The notes under the pieces were generated by a model. That model searched no databases and was not told the origin of the DNA. It saw only the letters and a list, made by a program, of their open reading frames with translations. A program made the position numbers and the translations under genes. A stretch of DNA of 53,092 nt from Thermoplasmata archaeon (GTDB lineage Archaea > Thermoplasmatota > SW-10-69-26 > JACQPN01 > JAJPHT01), in the NCBI GenBank assembly GCA_034667685.1, contig JAXDQU010000031.1, positions 1-53,092 of the forward strand. Reading direction: 5' to 3'. This document shows positions 1 through 9,507 of the stretch, one piece after another; the stretch's first letter is position 1, and each line of letters begins with the position of its first letter.

Positions 1-49
1 GGACGGGCGAACGGGGGATGGAGTGAGCGAATCGCCGAGTCCGCTCGTC

Positions 50-592
50 CTATTTCAATGCTCCCGCGTCGGGATCGGGCTCGCCGAGGTACTCCCGCAT
101 GTGCGCCACGACCTCGCGGCTGTTGCGGGACGAGGCGTAGTCCGCGAGCGGGTTCGCGTTGGCCGCCAGGAAGTGCTCGCCCCAGCCGAACTTGGACATC
201 AGCATCTGCGCCTGCGCGGGCTCGCCCAGGATCCAGGACGCGGCGGAGAGCGCCTCGGCGGTGCTGAGCATCATCGGCTTGTTGGTGTTCACCGGGTTCA
301 TCGCGAGCAGGTAGGGGAGCGCGCGCGGCACGGTCCGGGCGCGGGCGTGGGGGAACGTCTCCTCCGCCAGCTTCCAGGAGCAGTCCAGCGCCACGAGGCC
401 GCGCTTCTGGGCGTCCAGCGCATCGGCGGGCGAGAGCGCCTGCTCCGCGAAGGGGTCGAGCAGGATCGCGCCGCGCGGCACGCGGTCGACGCGGTCGACG
501 AGCTCGCACAATTCGAACCGGGCGAGCTTGCGCGCGGTGTTCTTCTTCGGGTCGTCCTGCGAGACGTGATACACGACCAGGCGCAGGCTCAC
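50..592 (-). CDS. tsr3: 16S rRNA aminocarboxypropyltransferase Tsr3 (DUF367)
   Basis: Motifs DDPKKNTARKL, LSPAD, LDCSW, RALPYLLAMNPVN, LSTAEALSAA and KFGWGEHFL match the Tsr3 family; TATA-like GTTATA about 25 nt upstream on the minus strand. Confidence 0.93.
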   Translation of the reverse strand: MSLRLVVYHVSQDDPKKNTARKLARFELCELVDRVDRVPRGAILLDPFAEQALSPADALDAQKRGLVALDCSWKLAEETFPHARARTVPRALPYLLAMNPVNTNKPMMLSTAEALSAASWILGEPAQAQMLMSKFGWGEHFLAANANPLADYASSRNSREVVAHMREYLGEPDPDAGALK

Positions 593-613
593 GCGCCGGC
601 CAGGGCGGGGGCG

Positions 614-886
614 CTATAACTTGCCTTCGCCCAGGAACCGGACGATCCAGCGCAGCAGCTCCTCGCGCACGTCCCGCCCCGCCGCGGTCAGGCGCACCGT
701 CTCGCCCACGCTGACGTAGCCCTTCGCCACGAGGAACGCCTCGTAGCGCCGGTAGACGTCGTAGTTGACGCCGGCCGCGGCCTGGAGCTGGGCGCGGCTG
801 AGCGTCTCGTCGGGCCGCGCGAGCGCGTCGAGGAAGCGCGCCACCACGTAGAGGTTCGGCTGCCAGGCGCTCTCCTTCGCGGGCAT
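614..886 (-). CDS. Small winged-helix DNA-binding protein (archaeal predicted transcriptional regulator)
   Basis: 90 aa; LSRAQLQAAAGVNYDVYRRYEAFLVAKGYV...VRLTAAGR is a typical wHTH pattern. Confidence 0.75.
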   Translation of the reverse strand: MPAKESAWQPNLYVVARFLDALARPDETLSRAQLQAAAGVNYDVYRRYEAFLVAKGYVSVGETVRLTAAGRDVREELLRWIVRFLGEGKL

Positions 887-889
887 GCT

Positions 890-1978
890 TCACTCGAGGA
901 TGCGCTGCGTCGTCTCGCGGAATCCCTCCGACACGCGCGCCCAGCGCGCCCGCTCCTCGCGCACGCGGGCGAAGGCGATCAGCCAGAGCCCGATGCCCAC
1001 GATGCCGACGAACGGGGGCATGAGCACGATGGGCACGAGCGGCTCGTCGGCGCCGGGGTAGTGCGCCTGGGACGCGGCGACCAGCGGGGGCACCACGACG
1101 AACGAGATCACCAGGACCGCCGCGCCCACCGCGAGCCCGCCCCAGAGCAGCGAGCGCGAGAGGGCCGCGAGATATCGCTCCGAGAGCGCCACGACGCGCA
1201 GCAGGTCCTCCGTGCCCACGGGCGGCGGGGGCTCGCGCGCGCGGGCGCGGCGGAGCAGCCAGGCCTCGATCGCCCACCAGGCCGCGGCCGCGAGCGTCGC
1301 GCCGCCCAGCCCCAGGATGGCGAAGAAGAGGAGCGGCGCCCAGTCGAGGAGGTTGTGCTCGTTGGAGACGGCGCGCACGAGGATGGGCGCGTCGCCCGTG
1401 GGCGAGCCGGAGGCGTCGAGCGTCCACGCGCCGTGCGTCACGGTCGCGTTGGCCCACGAGGCGCCGCGCATCCAGACGATGGCGGGGCGCGGGTCGTCCT
1501 GGCAGGACGGGCACGCGTAGGGGAACTGGTAGCCGCCGTCCAGGAGCACGTTCTCCACGTGGACCTTCTCGACCTCGACGAAGCCGCGCACCGGGCTGCT
1601 GCGCAGGCTCCAGTACGACTTGTCGCTGGCGTTGGCCGTGTCGCGGAAGACGTGCTCGGGCGCCTGGCCGGCGAAGAGCGCGTCGAGGTCCTGCGCGGCG
1701 ACGACCATGATCCGGTCGGGCGACTTGTTGCCGATGGACGCGCGCCACTCCGCCTCGACGTTGTGGTCGGCGGGCACGTCGAGCACGCTGGCGAGGACGT
1801 AGTCGCCGCCCGCGCCGCGGGCGTACTGGTATTGGCGTCCCGCGTCGGTGGTCGGGGAGGCCAGCATCATCGCCGAGAAGGCCACGAGGGCCAGGAGGGC
1901 GAGCGCCGCGAAGAGCGCGAAGGCGCCGCGCGCGAGGCGCAGACGGAGGGGCACGGAGGACGGGACGCGAAGGCGCAT
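890..1978 (-). CDS. Membrane protein of unknown function (N-terminal anchor, extracytoplasmic domain, 3 C-terminal TMs)
   Basis: Hydrophobic segments, GC3-rich codons, tight packing with neighbours; contains a CPSC motif. Confidence 0.7.
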   Translation of the reverse strand: MRLRVPSSVPLRLRLARGAFALFAALALLALVAFSAMMLASPTTDAGRQYQYARGAGGDYVLASVLDVPADHNVEAEWRASIGNKSPDRIMVVAAQDLDALFAGQAPEHVFRDTANASDKSYWSLRSSPVRGFVEVEKVHVENVLLDGGYQFPYACPSCQDDPRPAIVWMRGASWANATVTHGAWTLDASGSPTGDAPILVRAVSNEHNLLDWAPLLFFAILGLGGATLAAAAWWAIEAWLLRRARAREPPPPVGTEDLLRVVALSERYLAALSRSLLWGGLAVGAAVLVISFVVVPPLVAASQAHYPGADEPLVPIVLMPPFVGIVGIGLWLIAFARVREERARWARVSEGFRETTQRILE

Positions 1979-2002
1979 GATGAAACGTCTCCTGAGGATG
2001 CT

Positions 2003-2536
2003 TCAGTCCGCGGAGACGATCAGGTCGGCCGACACGCCCGGCGCGTACCCTTCCAGGTCGACGATCCAGAGGCCGGCGGCGGGGGCGTCCACGCGCGCGT
2101 CGTAGGGACCCGGCAGCGGCCCAGGCCCGATCGAACTTTCCGCGGCGCGCTTCCCCCCGGGCGTCTTGACGACGATCTCCGCGCCGCCGGGAATCGTGGC
2201 CGCGGCGCCCGTCGCGCTCGACCAGGCGACGTGGACCCGCAGCGCCGCGGTGCCGTTGGGCACGACGAACGCGGCGTGGCCTTCGGTCTCCGAGGCCGGC
2301 GGCGTGTCGAAGTGGATGCGCGTGAGCTTGAGCAGCACCGATGCGTTGGCGGGAGGCGCGGCGGGCTGCGCGGGGTCGGTCCCGTGGCGCGCCGCGGTGG
2401 GCAGGATGGCGGCCGGGGTGACGCAGCCGGAGAGACCCGCAGCGACAGCGAGGGCGACGACGAGCGCCGCCTGAGCCCGAAGGCGACGGCGGCGTTCGTC
2501 GGGGGCAAGCAGGGCGATCAGGACGATGGATCTCAT
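2003..2536 (-). CDS. Putative lipoprotein with a small beta-rich domain
   Basis: Lipobox-like AAGLSGC after a hydrophobic stretch; exact start uncertain. Confidence 0.6.
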   Translation of the reverse strand: MRSIVLIALLAPDERRRRLRAQAALVVALAVAAGLSGCVTPAAILPTAARHGTDPAQPAAPPANASVLLKLTRIHFDTPPASETEGHAAFVVPNGTAALRVHVAWSSATGAAATIPGGAEIVVKTPGGKRAAESSIGPGPLPGPYDARVDAPAAGLWIVDLEGYAPGVSADLIVSAD

Positions 2537-2584
2537 CGCCTCACGATCGCGCTGCCTGCCTTCCGCGTTCCTCCGCGGACGTCG

Positions 2585-3577
2585 TCAGACCCGCGCCACG
2601 ACGATCGCGTGCACCACGCCCGGGCTGAACGTCTTGACGACGCGCGCCTCCAGGATCTCGGCCCGCGGCGCGGCCGCCAGCACCTGCCCGACCAGCTCCT
2701 CGCGCCAGCGCCCGGCGTGCGCGGTGTTGTGCATATGCAACGTGCCCCCAGAGGGCTTCAGGAGCGCGAGCGCCTTGGGCAGGAAGCGCTCGGTGCGCGG
2801 AAAGTAGCCCATCAGCACGCGGTCCGCGAACCCTTCCGCCGGGTGATCGCGGTTGTCGCCGAGCCAGGGCTCGACGATGCCGCCCACGCCGTTGAGCGCG
2901 ACGTTCTCCTGCAGGTAGCGGAAGGAGAGCGGGTTCTTCTCCATCGCGACGACGCGCGCGGGCCGGCCGTGCACGGCGATGGGGAGCGTGAAGTAGCCGA
3001 TGCCCGCGAACATGTCGGCCACCGTCTCGCCGCGGACATTCAGGTCCGCGGCGCGCATCCGTTCGGCGAGGTTCCCGCTGCTGAACATGATGCGGCCCGC
3101 GTCGAAGCGGTAGCGCACGCCGTTCTCGACGTGGAGCGCAACCGGGTCGTCGCCGAAGATGGGGACGGCGCGCATCTCGCGCAGCTCGCCCGCGACGCCG
3201 GCGGGATCGTGCAGCACGGTGCGCAGGCCCATCGCGTCGGCGAACGCGGCGCCCACCTCGGCCGCGTGGGGGAGGAGCGCGTCGGGCAGGCGCAGGACGA
3301 GGACGTCGCCGTGCTGCTCCCACTTGTCGGGGACGAGCGCGTGGAGCGCCTCGGGGAGAGGGCGCAGCACCTGCTCGCGCGGCGTCACGCGCCCCTCCCG
3401 CGCCGGGGCGTCGGCCTCCACGACCTCCGCGCCGTGCTCCCGCGCGATCGCGGCCAGCCGGGGAGAGGCCAGGACCGGGACGGTCACGCGCTCCCCGGAG
3501 ACGATGCGGCGCGCGGGGTCGAGGAGCCCCTCGCGCTGGAGCGCCCGGACCAGCGCTTCCGCGCGGTGGCGTTCCAC
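2585..3577 (-). CDS. taw2: tRNA(Phe) wyosine-pathway aminocarboxypropyltransferase Taw2/TYW2 (Met-10+/Trm5 superfamily)
   Basis: HVENGVRYRFD, MFSSGN, ERMR, DMFAGIGYFTLP, EKNP, and DRVLMGY (Taw2-type rather than the Trm5 MNLP motif). Confidence 0.8.
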   Translation of the reverse strand: MERHRAEALVRALQREGLLDPARRIVSGERVTVPVLASPRLAAIAREHGAEVVEADAPAREGRVTPREQVLRPLPEALHALVPDKWEQHGDVLVLRLPDALLPHAAEVGAAFADAMGLRTVLHDPAGVAGELREMRAVPIFGDDPVALHVENGVRYRFDAGRIMFSSGNLAERMRAADLNVRGETVADMFAGIGYFTLPIAVHGRPARVVAMEKNPLSFRYLQENVALNGVGGIVEPWLGDNRDHPAEGFADRVLMGYFPRTERFLPKALALLKPSGGTLHMHNTAHAGRWREELVGQVLAAAPRAEILEARVVKTFSPGVVHAIVVARV

Positions 3578-3642
3578 CCTTAGCGCAGCCTTCTTATCCG
3601 ACGGCCCGGCATCCAGGCGACCGACCAGCCAGGGTGTCAGGA

Positions 3643-5817
3643 ATGCAGCTTCGCCTCTTGCCCGTTTTCCTCCTTCTTGCCGCCGCGCTGCTGCCCGCCC
3701 TGGCGGCCGCGGAGTCGAACCCGCGCACCTGGGTCGAGGGCACGCTGGACGTCGCGCAGCCCGACCTGCGCAACCTGACGTTCTCGGGCAGCTTCGACGT
3801 GCACCGCTTCACGTTCTCCGTCGGCGGCACCGTGACCGCGGACCAGCTCCGCGACGACTACGCCGCCTTCCCCAGCCAGGCGCAGAAGGACGCGTACGTC
3901 AAGCAGCTCGAGGACGACGCGCGGGCCGCCTTCGAAGGCGACCTGGCCGCCGCGTTCCCCACCGCGAGCCGCGTCGTCTCCGAGCCGGTCGTGGACGCGA
4001 CGACGCTCGACGCCTCGCTCAACGGCGGGGGCACGACGAACCCCGTGAAGATGACCGTCGCCGCCACGATCACCCGCTCCAGCGCCGACGTGGGCCTGGG
4101 CAAGCTCTCCGACGCCGCGGTCGCCGCCGCATTCCACGCCGGCGCGCGCGTCGACGCCACGTTCACGCTCTCCGCCGCCGCGGGCTACGACACGACCTAC
4201 CGCCTCGCGCCGCCGCAGAAACCCGCGGGCCTCGCGTTCGTCGCCACGAGCGTGGGCGCCCTGGCGCCGGACGGAAGCCGGCTCGACGTGCGCGTCGACA
4301 ACGGCGACGGCAACGCGGCCAAGACGCAGCCCGTGCGCGCCTCGGTCGCGGACCGCTCCGCGCACGCGCCCTCCGCCGAGCGCATCGACACGGCCATCGA
4401 CGTGACCGTGGGCGCGCTCCAGCAGGGCGTCACCAAGCTCCCGCTCGCCTCGCAGGTCACGGCCTCGATCCACGCGGTCGACGTCGCCAAGCGCTTCCCG
4501 ACCGCGCTGCCCGCGAACGTGAAGCTCGCGGTGCTCAGCGCCGACGGCCTGCGCGCGCTCCACCAGACGGGCGGCATCACCGACGCGCAGCTCGCCGACG
4601 CCTCCGACGCGCTCGACAAGGAGATCGCGTCCTCGCTCCCCGACGCCACCGTCACGGGCGGGTTCGTCCCCGCCGACCTCGCGGCCGCGCCCGCCTCGCC
4701 CTACGCCAGCGACCCGCCGGTGCGCTACGCGGCCAGCGCCACGAGCACGTACGACATCCCGGGCCGCCACGCGGGCGACGCGGACCTCGCGCTGCGCATC
4801 GGCGCCACCGTCCGGTTCGACGTCAAGCTCGCCGCGAGCGCCGACCGCGCGAACGACTACACGATCCACGCGCCGCCCGGCGCCGTCTTCACGCAGGCCG
4901 CCAACGGGCAGCTCTCCGCCGACGCGAAGAGCGCCGCGTTCCACCTCGCGGCCGGCGGCGGCAACCAGACCGCGACGCTCGCCATGCGCGGCGCCGACGC
5001 GCCCAGCTACGACTCGCAGAAGGCCGACGTCGGCGTCCTCGTGGACCTCAACCGCCTCGACGTCTCGCTGGGCAAGGCGATCAAGGGCGACTTCGGCACG
5101 ATGCACGCTGACATCACCGTGACCGGCCAGCTCGGCGTCGTCAAGATCCCCGACGACGTGAAGTCCTCGCTGGGCCCCAACGTCGACCTCGCGTACCTCA
5201 ACAGCGACGCGATTCGCCTGCTCAAGCAGCGCGGCGTGCTCACCGACGCCAACGTCTCCACGCTGGAGAACGACCTCAAGAAGCAGGTCACCGAAGGGCT
5301 CGCGGGCGCGCTGGGCGGCGACGTTCCCGTGACGGGCGGCCTGGACGCGGACACGCTGGACGCCTCGGGCGTCGGCGCCGTGCTCTCGGCCGACAAGCCG
5401 ATCACGTTCACCGCGCACGCCTCGCTCGACAAGGCGCTCTCGGGCTCCTCCTCGTCCGAGGGCGCGATCGCGCTCTACACGCTGCACCAGACGTTCGACT
5501 TCCCCAAGGTCAACGGCCTCGACACGACGTACACGCTCATCGTGCCCAAGGGGCTCGCCATCACCGGCGCCTCGGTCCCCGCCTCGCAGGGCACCGCGAC
5601 CACCGGCACCGCGCCCGATGGCCGCAGCCAGGTCGTCGTCAAGCCCAGCGGCGACGCGGCCTCGACCCGCCTCGCCATCGCGGTCACGCCGACCTTCATC
5701 GTGGCGAAGTTCTGGCCCGTGCTGCTCCTCGCGGTGATCGTGCTCGTGCTGATCGTGGGCACGCCCATCGCGATCGTGGCGAGCCGGCGCCGCAAGAGCA
5801 AAGGCAAGTCTCCCTGA
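3643..5817 (+). CDS. Secreted surface protein with C-terminal TM anchor and internal repeats
   Basis: Signal peptide MQLRLLPVFLLLAAALLPALAAA; C-terminal TM followed by RRRKSKGK; repeated xxADxLR/SDAIR...VTGG module. Confidence 0.8.
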   Translation: MQLRLLPVFLLLAAALLPALAAAESNPRTWVEGTLDVAQPDLRNLTFSGSFDVHRFTFSVGGTVTADQLRDDYAAFPSQAQKDAYVKQLEDDARAAFEGDLAAAFPTASRVVSEPVVDATTLDASLNGGGTTNPVKMTVAATITRSSADVGLGKLSDAAVAAAFHAGARVDATFTLSAAAGYDTTYRLAPPQKPAGLAFVATSVGALAPDGSRLDVRVDNGDGNAAKTQPVRASVADRSAHAPSAERIDTAIDVTVGALQQGVTKLPLASQVTASIHAVDVAKRFPTALPANVKLAVLSADGLRALHQTGGITDAQLADASDALDKEIASSLPDATVTGGFVPADLAAAPASPYASDPPVRYAASATSTYDIPGRHAGDADLALRIGATVRFDVKLAASADRANDYTIHAPPGAVFTQAANGQLSADAKSAAFHLAAGGGNQTATLAMRGADAPSYDSQKADVGVLVDLNRLDVSLGKAIKGDFGTMHADITVTGQLGVVKIPDDVKSSLGPNVDLAYLNSDAIRLLKQRGVLTDANVSTLENDLKKQVTEGLAGALGGDVPVTGGLDADTLDASGVGAVLSADKPITFTAHASLDKALSGSSSSEGAIALYTLHQTFDFPKVNGLDTTYTLIVPKGLAITGASVPASQGTATTGTAPDGRSQVVVKPSGDAASTRLAIAVTPTFIVAKFWPVLLLAVIVLVLIVGTPIAIVASRRRKSKGKSP

Positions 5818-5829
5818 TGGTGCGGCCCG

Positions 5830-7140
5830 ATGAACCGCCTCGCGCCCGCCCTGCTCCTCGTCGCCCTCCTCGCGGGGTGCGCCACCGTCCCGGGCGCGAC
5901 GCCGGGCGGGAACGGCGCCAACGCCCACGCCGCGATCGTGCCCGCGCCGCTCGTCAACGTGAGCAGCACGCACACCTCGCGCGAGACGAGCATCGCCGTG
6001 AGCCCCGCGAACGACCAGGACGTCTTCCTCTGCGCGCCCTCGGGCGTGCCGGCCGCGCAGAACGGCGAGTCGTACTTCTTCGTCTCGCACGACGGGGGCG
6101 CGATGTGGACCGAGATCAAGGTCGAGACGAGCCCCACGGACCCGCGCCAGGCGACGTTCGAGGGCGGCGACTGCGACGTCGCGTACGACGCCGCGGGCAC
6201 GATGTACGCCGCCGACATCAGCCTCGCGAGCGTCAGCATGGGCGCCTCGCGCGACGGGGGCAAGACGTGGAGCGGCACGCCCGTGGGCGGATCGAGCCCC
6301 GTCGCCGACCGGCCCTGGCTCGTGGGCGGCCCCGCCGGCACCGTCTACATGACCTACCAGGACGTGCAGTTCGGCACGCCCACCATGATCTGGTTCGTCA
6401 AGAGCACGGACTACGGCGCGACGTACTCGCGCGCGGTGCCCGTCGTCACGCCCGACTCGTCCAACCCGTACACCTGGGAAGGCAACCTCGTCGTCTCGCC
6501 CGACGGCAAGGACCTCGCGCAGGCCTACAACCGCCGCAACACCGGCGCCGGGTCGCTGCCCACCGACCAGCAGGCCGAGGACGTCTTCGTCGCGACGAGC
6601 CCCGACGGCGGCGCCACGTGGACGCAGCACCTCGTCTCGCACCGCCCCGACTCGGCGAGCTACCTCTACCCCTCGTTGGCGCGCGACGCCGCGGGCGGCC
6701 TGCACCTCGTCTTCGCGCAGAAGGACGGCGACAAGGGGCAGCCCGTCTGGTACGCCTACAGCGGCGACAAGGGCGCGACGTGGACGAAGCCCATCCCGCT
6801 CTCGCACGGCGTGGGCTATTCGCCCTGGGTCGCCGCGACCCCCGAGGGGACCGCCGTCGTCCAGTGGCTCGGAAGCCCGCAGCCCAACGCGACGCTCAGC
6901 GACGACAGCGACTGGTTCACCTACGTCGCGCTCGTGCGCGGCCACGGCGAGGACGTCACGCTGGGCACCTCCACCGCCGCGCCGATCTTCCACGGCAAGA
7001 TGGGCGGCTGGCCCGAGTTCAACATGGTGCGGCTCGACTCGCACGGGCGCATCCTCCTGGGCGAGAGCGTGCCGACCAACACGAAGTCCGGCGTCACGTA
7101 CACCGAGGTCTTCCAACGGCTTGCTGCGCCCGGCCCATGA
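5830..7140 (+). CDS. Lipoprotein with BNR/Asp-box repeats (sialidase-like beta-propeller)
   Basis: Lipobox LLAGC; Asp-boxes SHDGGAMW, SRDGGKTW, STDYGATY, SPDGGATW, SGDKGATW; DRPW motif. Confidence 0.85.
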   Translation: MNRLAPALLLVALLAGCATVPGATPGGNGANAHAAIVPAPLVNVSSTHTSRETSIAVSPANDQDVFLCAPSGVPAAQNGESYFFVSHDGGAMWTEIKVETSPTDPRQATFEGGDCDVAYDAAGTMYAADISLASVSMGASRDGGKTWSGTPVGGSSPVADRPWLVGGPAGTVYMTYQDVQFGTPTMIWFVKSTDYGATYSRAVPVVTPDSSNPYTWEGNLVVSPDGKDLAQAYNRRNTGAGSLPTDQQAEDVFVATSPDGGATWTQHLVSHRPDSASYLYPSLARDAAGGLHLVFAQKDGDKGQPVWYAYSGDKGATWTKPIPLSHGVGYSPWVAATPEGTAVVQWLGSPQPNATLSDDSDWFTYVALVRGHGEDVTLGTSTAAPIFHGKMGGWPEFNMVRLDSHGRILLGESVPTNTKSGVTYTEVFQRLAAPGP

Positions 7141-7156
7141 TGATCTGCCCGGTTCT

Positions 7157-7229
7157 CCTCCAGCCACAGAGGACACGGAGGTCACAGAGGACGAGAGAAA
7201 GCCGCCTCTGTGTCCTCCGTGGCTGGAGG
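7157..7229. repeat. Intergenic palindromic element with 9-bp CACAGAGGA-type units
   Basis: 25-bp arms 7157-7181 and 7205-7229 with 2 mismatches; tandem units cacagagga/cacggaggt/cacagagga. Confidence 0.8.
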
Positions 7230-7276
7230 CGCGCGGAAGGGCAACCGAGGGCTGAAGATCGGAGGCCGACTACCCC

Positions 7277-7771
7277 ATGACGATGGACCGTCACGTCCAC
7301 GCCGCGCTCCGGAAGCTGAGGCGCCGCGGCGAGATGGACTTCTCCGACTACCTCGAATTGCGCCGGCTGCGCGACCTCGGCGCGAAGAGCCCGCAGCTCG
7401 ACGCCTGGATCGCGCACGCCGAGCGCGCGATGCCGGTGCCCTTCGCCGCCGCGCTGCCCGACCTCGCCACGCTCGCGCCGGGCGCGCAGATCGCGCCGCG
7501 CGACCTGACACACGAGGAGGTGCGCGTCGCCTTCGCCATGCGCGAGGAGTTCGCGGCGCACGGCGCGGCCCGCGCGGGCCTGATGGGCTTCGACCTCCCA
7601 GAGGGGCGCGGGCTCAAGGACTGGCTCGACCTCGTCGAGACCGAGCGCCAGGAGGCCAAGAAGGTGCGCGAGTCGATGCGCCGCTTCGACGCCAAGCTCT
7701 GGGCGCTCTTGACGGGCGAGCGCAAGCGGCTGCCGACGTGCGCGATCCCGCCGCTCGCAGGACCCCAGTAA
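7277..7771 (+). CDS. Hypothetical cytoplasmic helical protein
   Basis: GGAGG upstream; strong GC3 codon bias; no recognisable motif. Confidence 0.7.
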   Translation: MTMDRHVHAALRKLRRRGEMDFSDYLELRRLRDLGAKSPQLDAWIAHAERAMPVPFAAALPDLATLAPGAQIAPRDLTHEEVRVAFAMREEFAAHGAARAGLMGFDLPEGRGLKDWLDLVETERQEAKKVRESMRRFDAKLWALLTGERKRLPTCAIPPLAGPQ

Positions 7772-7946
7772 CCAGGAAATCGCCCCCGGCCGCGGCCCGC
7801 GCCGGCCCGACGGTGTGGAGGCTTCTTGTGACGCCCAAGGGCGCCGATCAACCGTCGTCTTCATGCCCTGCGGTTGTGTTACTCCGCTGGAGAGATTTTG
7901 GAGCGGCGAAGCTCGCTCGAGGCTCCCTCCGGAGACAGCCGATCCC

Positions 7947-8648
7947 ATGAAGAGTCCCCAAGCGCTTCTGGCGCTCCTCGTGCTCGTGGCCCCCTCGGGC
8001 CTCGCCAACCTCGCCGGCGGCACGGCCGCCGCGCTCCAGGCTCCGCAGCGGTGGACTTCGCCGGAAGCGGGGAGGGAACATCTTCTCTTCCCCGCGGGAG
8101 CGAAGCTCGTCGGCACGTTCAGCGCCGGCCACCTTGACCTCAAGGTCGCTTCCCCCGCCGAGAGCGGGAGCGGGACGGACCTCACGGGACCCACCTACGT
8201 CCAGGGAGAAACGGCCGAGTGCGACAACGACATCCCCGACCCCTCCAACAGCGGCATGCATTACGTCAGCCCCGACCCCGCGTATCCGGTCACGGACAAC
8301 AGCGCCAGCGCGGGGCAATGCAACGGGATTCCGTTCGGTTCGTTCGAGGCTTTCCCCACGATGGTCCAATTCCAGACCATCGACGCGAGCGGCAACGCCA
8401 ATGGCGGCTTTTGGATCGGAGACTGGAGCGGCTACGTCGAGCTCGACTGCTACGACGCGAACAGCGCGGGAGGAGGCAGCGGCGTCCTGGCAACGCAGAG
8501 CTGGACGACGTACGAGCAGAACCTCAACGGCGCCTGGCAATCCTGCGAAGAATACTCCTACGGCAATGCCCCCAGCTCCATGACCGATTGGAGCGCGGGC
8601 GCCTGGAACGGCAACATGGACGGCCGAACGACGGTCGTGGTGAACTAG
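7947..8648 (+). CDS. Secreted Cys-containing acidic protein, unknown function
   Basis: Signal peptide MKSPQALLALLVLVAP...; 4 Cys; rich in Asp, Gly and Trp. Confidence 0.7.
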   Translation: MKSPQALLALLVLVAPSGLANLAGGTAAALQAPQRWTSPEAGREHLLFPAGAKLVGTFSAGHLDLKVASPAESGSGTDLTGPTYVQGETAECDNDIPDPSNSGMHYVSPDPAYPVTDNSASAGQCNGIPFGSFEAFPTMVQFQTIDASGNANGGFWIGDWSGYVELDCYDANSAGGGSGVLATQSWTTYEQNLNGAWQSCEEYSYGNAPSSMTDWSAGAWNGNMDGRTTVVVN

Positions 8649-8705
8649 GCGGGACAACCGGGGAACCAAACGATGAGCGCTCGTTACCAAGCCGGACGTG
8701 CCACG

Positions 8706-9485
8706 ATGAAACTTGTTACTCTCCTCCTCCTTGCGGGATGCCTCCTCCTGCCCGCGCTCCCCTTGGGCGAGGGGGCGACGCCGATCCCGCTCACCGGCTT
8801 CCCCACCGTCGCCGCGGGCAACGTGGCGGGCCCCGCGTGGGTCGCCATCCACTTTCACGCCGACGCAGAAGGGAACACGAGCCTGGGCCTCGACCTGCCC
8901 GCGGCTCCCGCCCCCTCCCTCCTTTCGTGGGTGATCTACCACGACGGCGGCATCGATCCCGTGCCGGGCCAGGTGTCGGTGGATGCGAGCGGCGCGAGGC
9001 TCCTCCTGTCCTTCCGCTGCCCTGGCCTTCGCTGCGTGCCTGCCGACGGCACGATCCTGCTTTGGGTCGTGGGTCCGGTCGGCGCGTGGAATTGGACGCT
9101 GCGCGGCGAGGCGGACGCGAGCTTCTACGGCACGACCAACGGCCCCGACGTCGGCGCCGTCATGGCGCCCGACTTCCACGCGCCCACCAGCGTCGTCGCG
9201 GATCTCGACGGCGGCCATGCGACGCTTGTGGACCAAGGCGTGTATGGCTTCTCGCCCGATGGGATCACGGTCGGGTTCGCGCAAGCCCAAGGCATCCGGG
9301 GAACGACCAGGCTCAGCGTGGACATGCCGAACGGCACCACGCGAGCCTGTTACTGTCTCTTCGCCAGCCTTGCCCCCGCCGCGCCGGGCGACGTGTGGAC
9401 GTTCCACCTGACGCAGGCGGACGCGGACCTCGACTCCGCGCCGCCCGTCATCTTCTACGCACGCGACATCCAGCTTCCCGACTAG
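8706..9485 (+). CDS. Secreted beta-rich protein, unknown function
   Basis: Signal peptide MKLVTLLLLAGCLLLPALPLGEG; paired Cys (CPGLRC, CYC). Confidence 0.7.
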   Translation: MKLVTLLLLAGCLLLPALPLGEGATPIPLTGFPTVAAGNVAGPAWVAIHFHADAEGNTSLGLDLPAAPAPSLLSWVIYHDGGIDPVPGQVSVDASGARLLLSFRCPGLRCVPADGTILLWVVGPVGAWNWTLRGEADASFYGTTNGPDVGAVMAPDFHAPTSVVADLDGGHATLVDQGVYGFSPDGITVGFAQAQGIRGTTRLSVDMPNGTTRACYCLFASLAPAAPGDVWTFHLTQADADLDSAPPVIFYARDIQLPD

Positions 9486-9507
9486 GATGAATCGGAGGGA
9501 ATCCACC

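Noticed and set aside
3637-7185. Very long antisense or alternative-frame ORFs (e.g. 3637..7185, 18701..21592, 36665..40531, 47065..51663)
   Set aside because: Shadow ORFs expected in high-GC DNA; Arg/Gly/Ala-rich and overlapping genes with clear motifs
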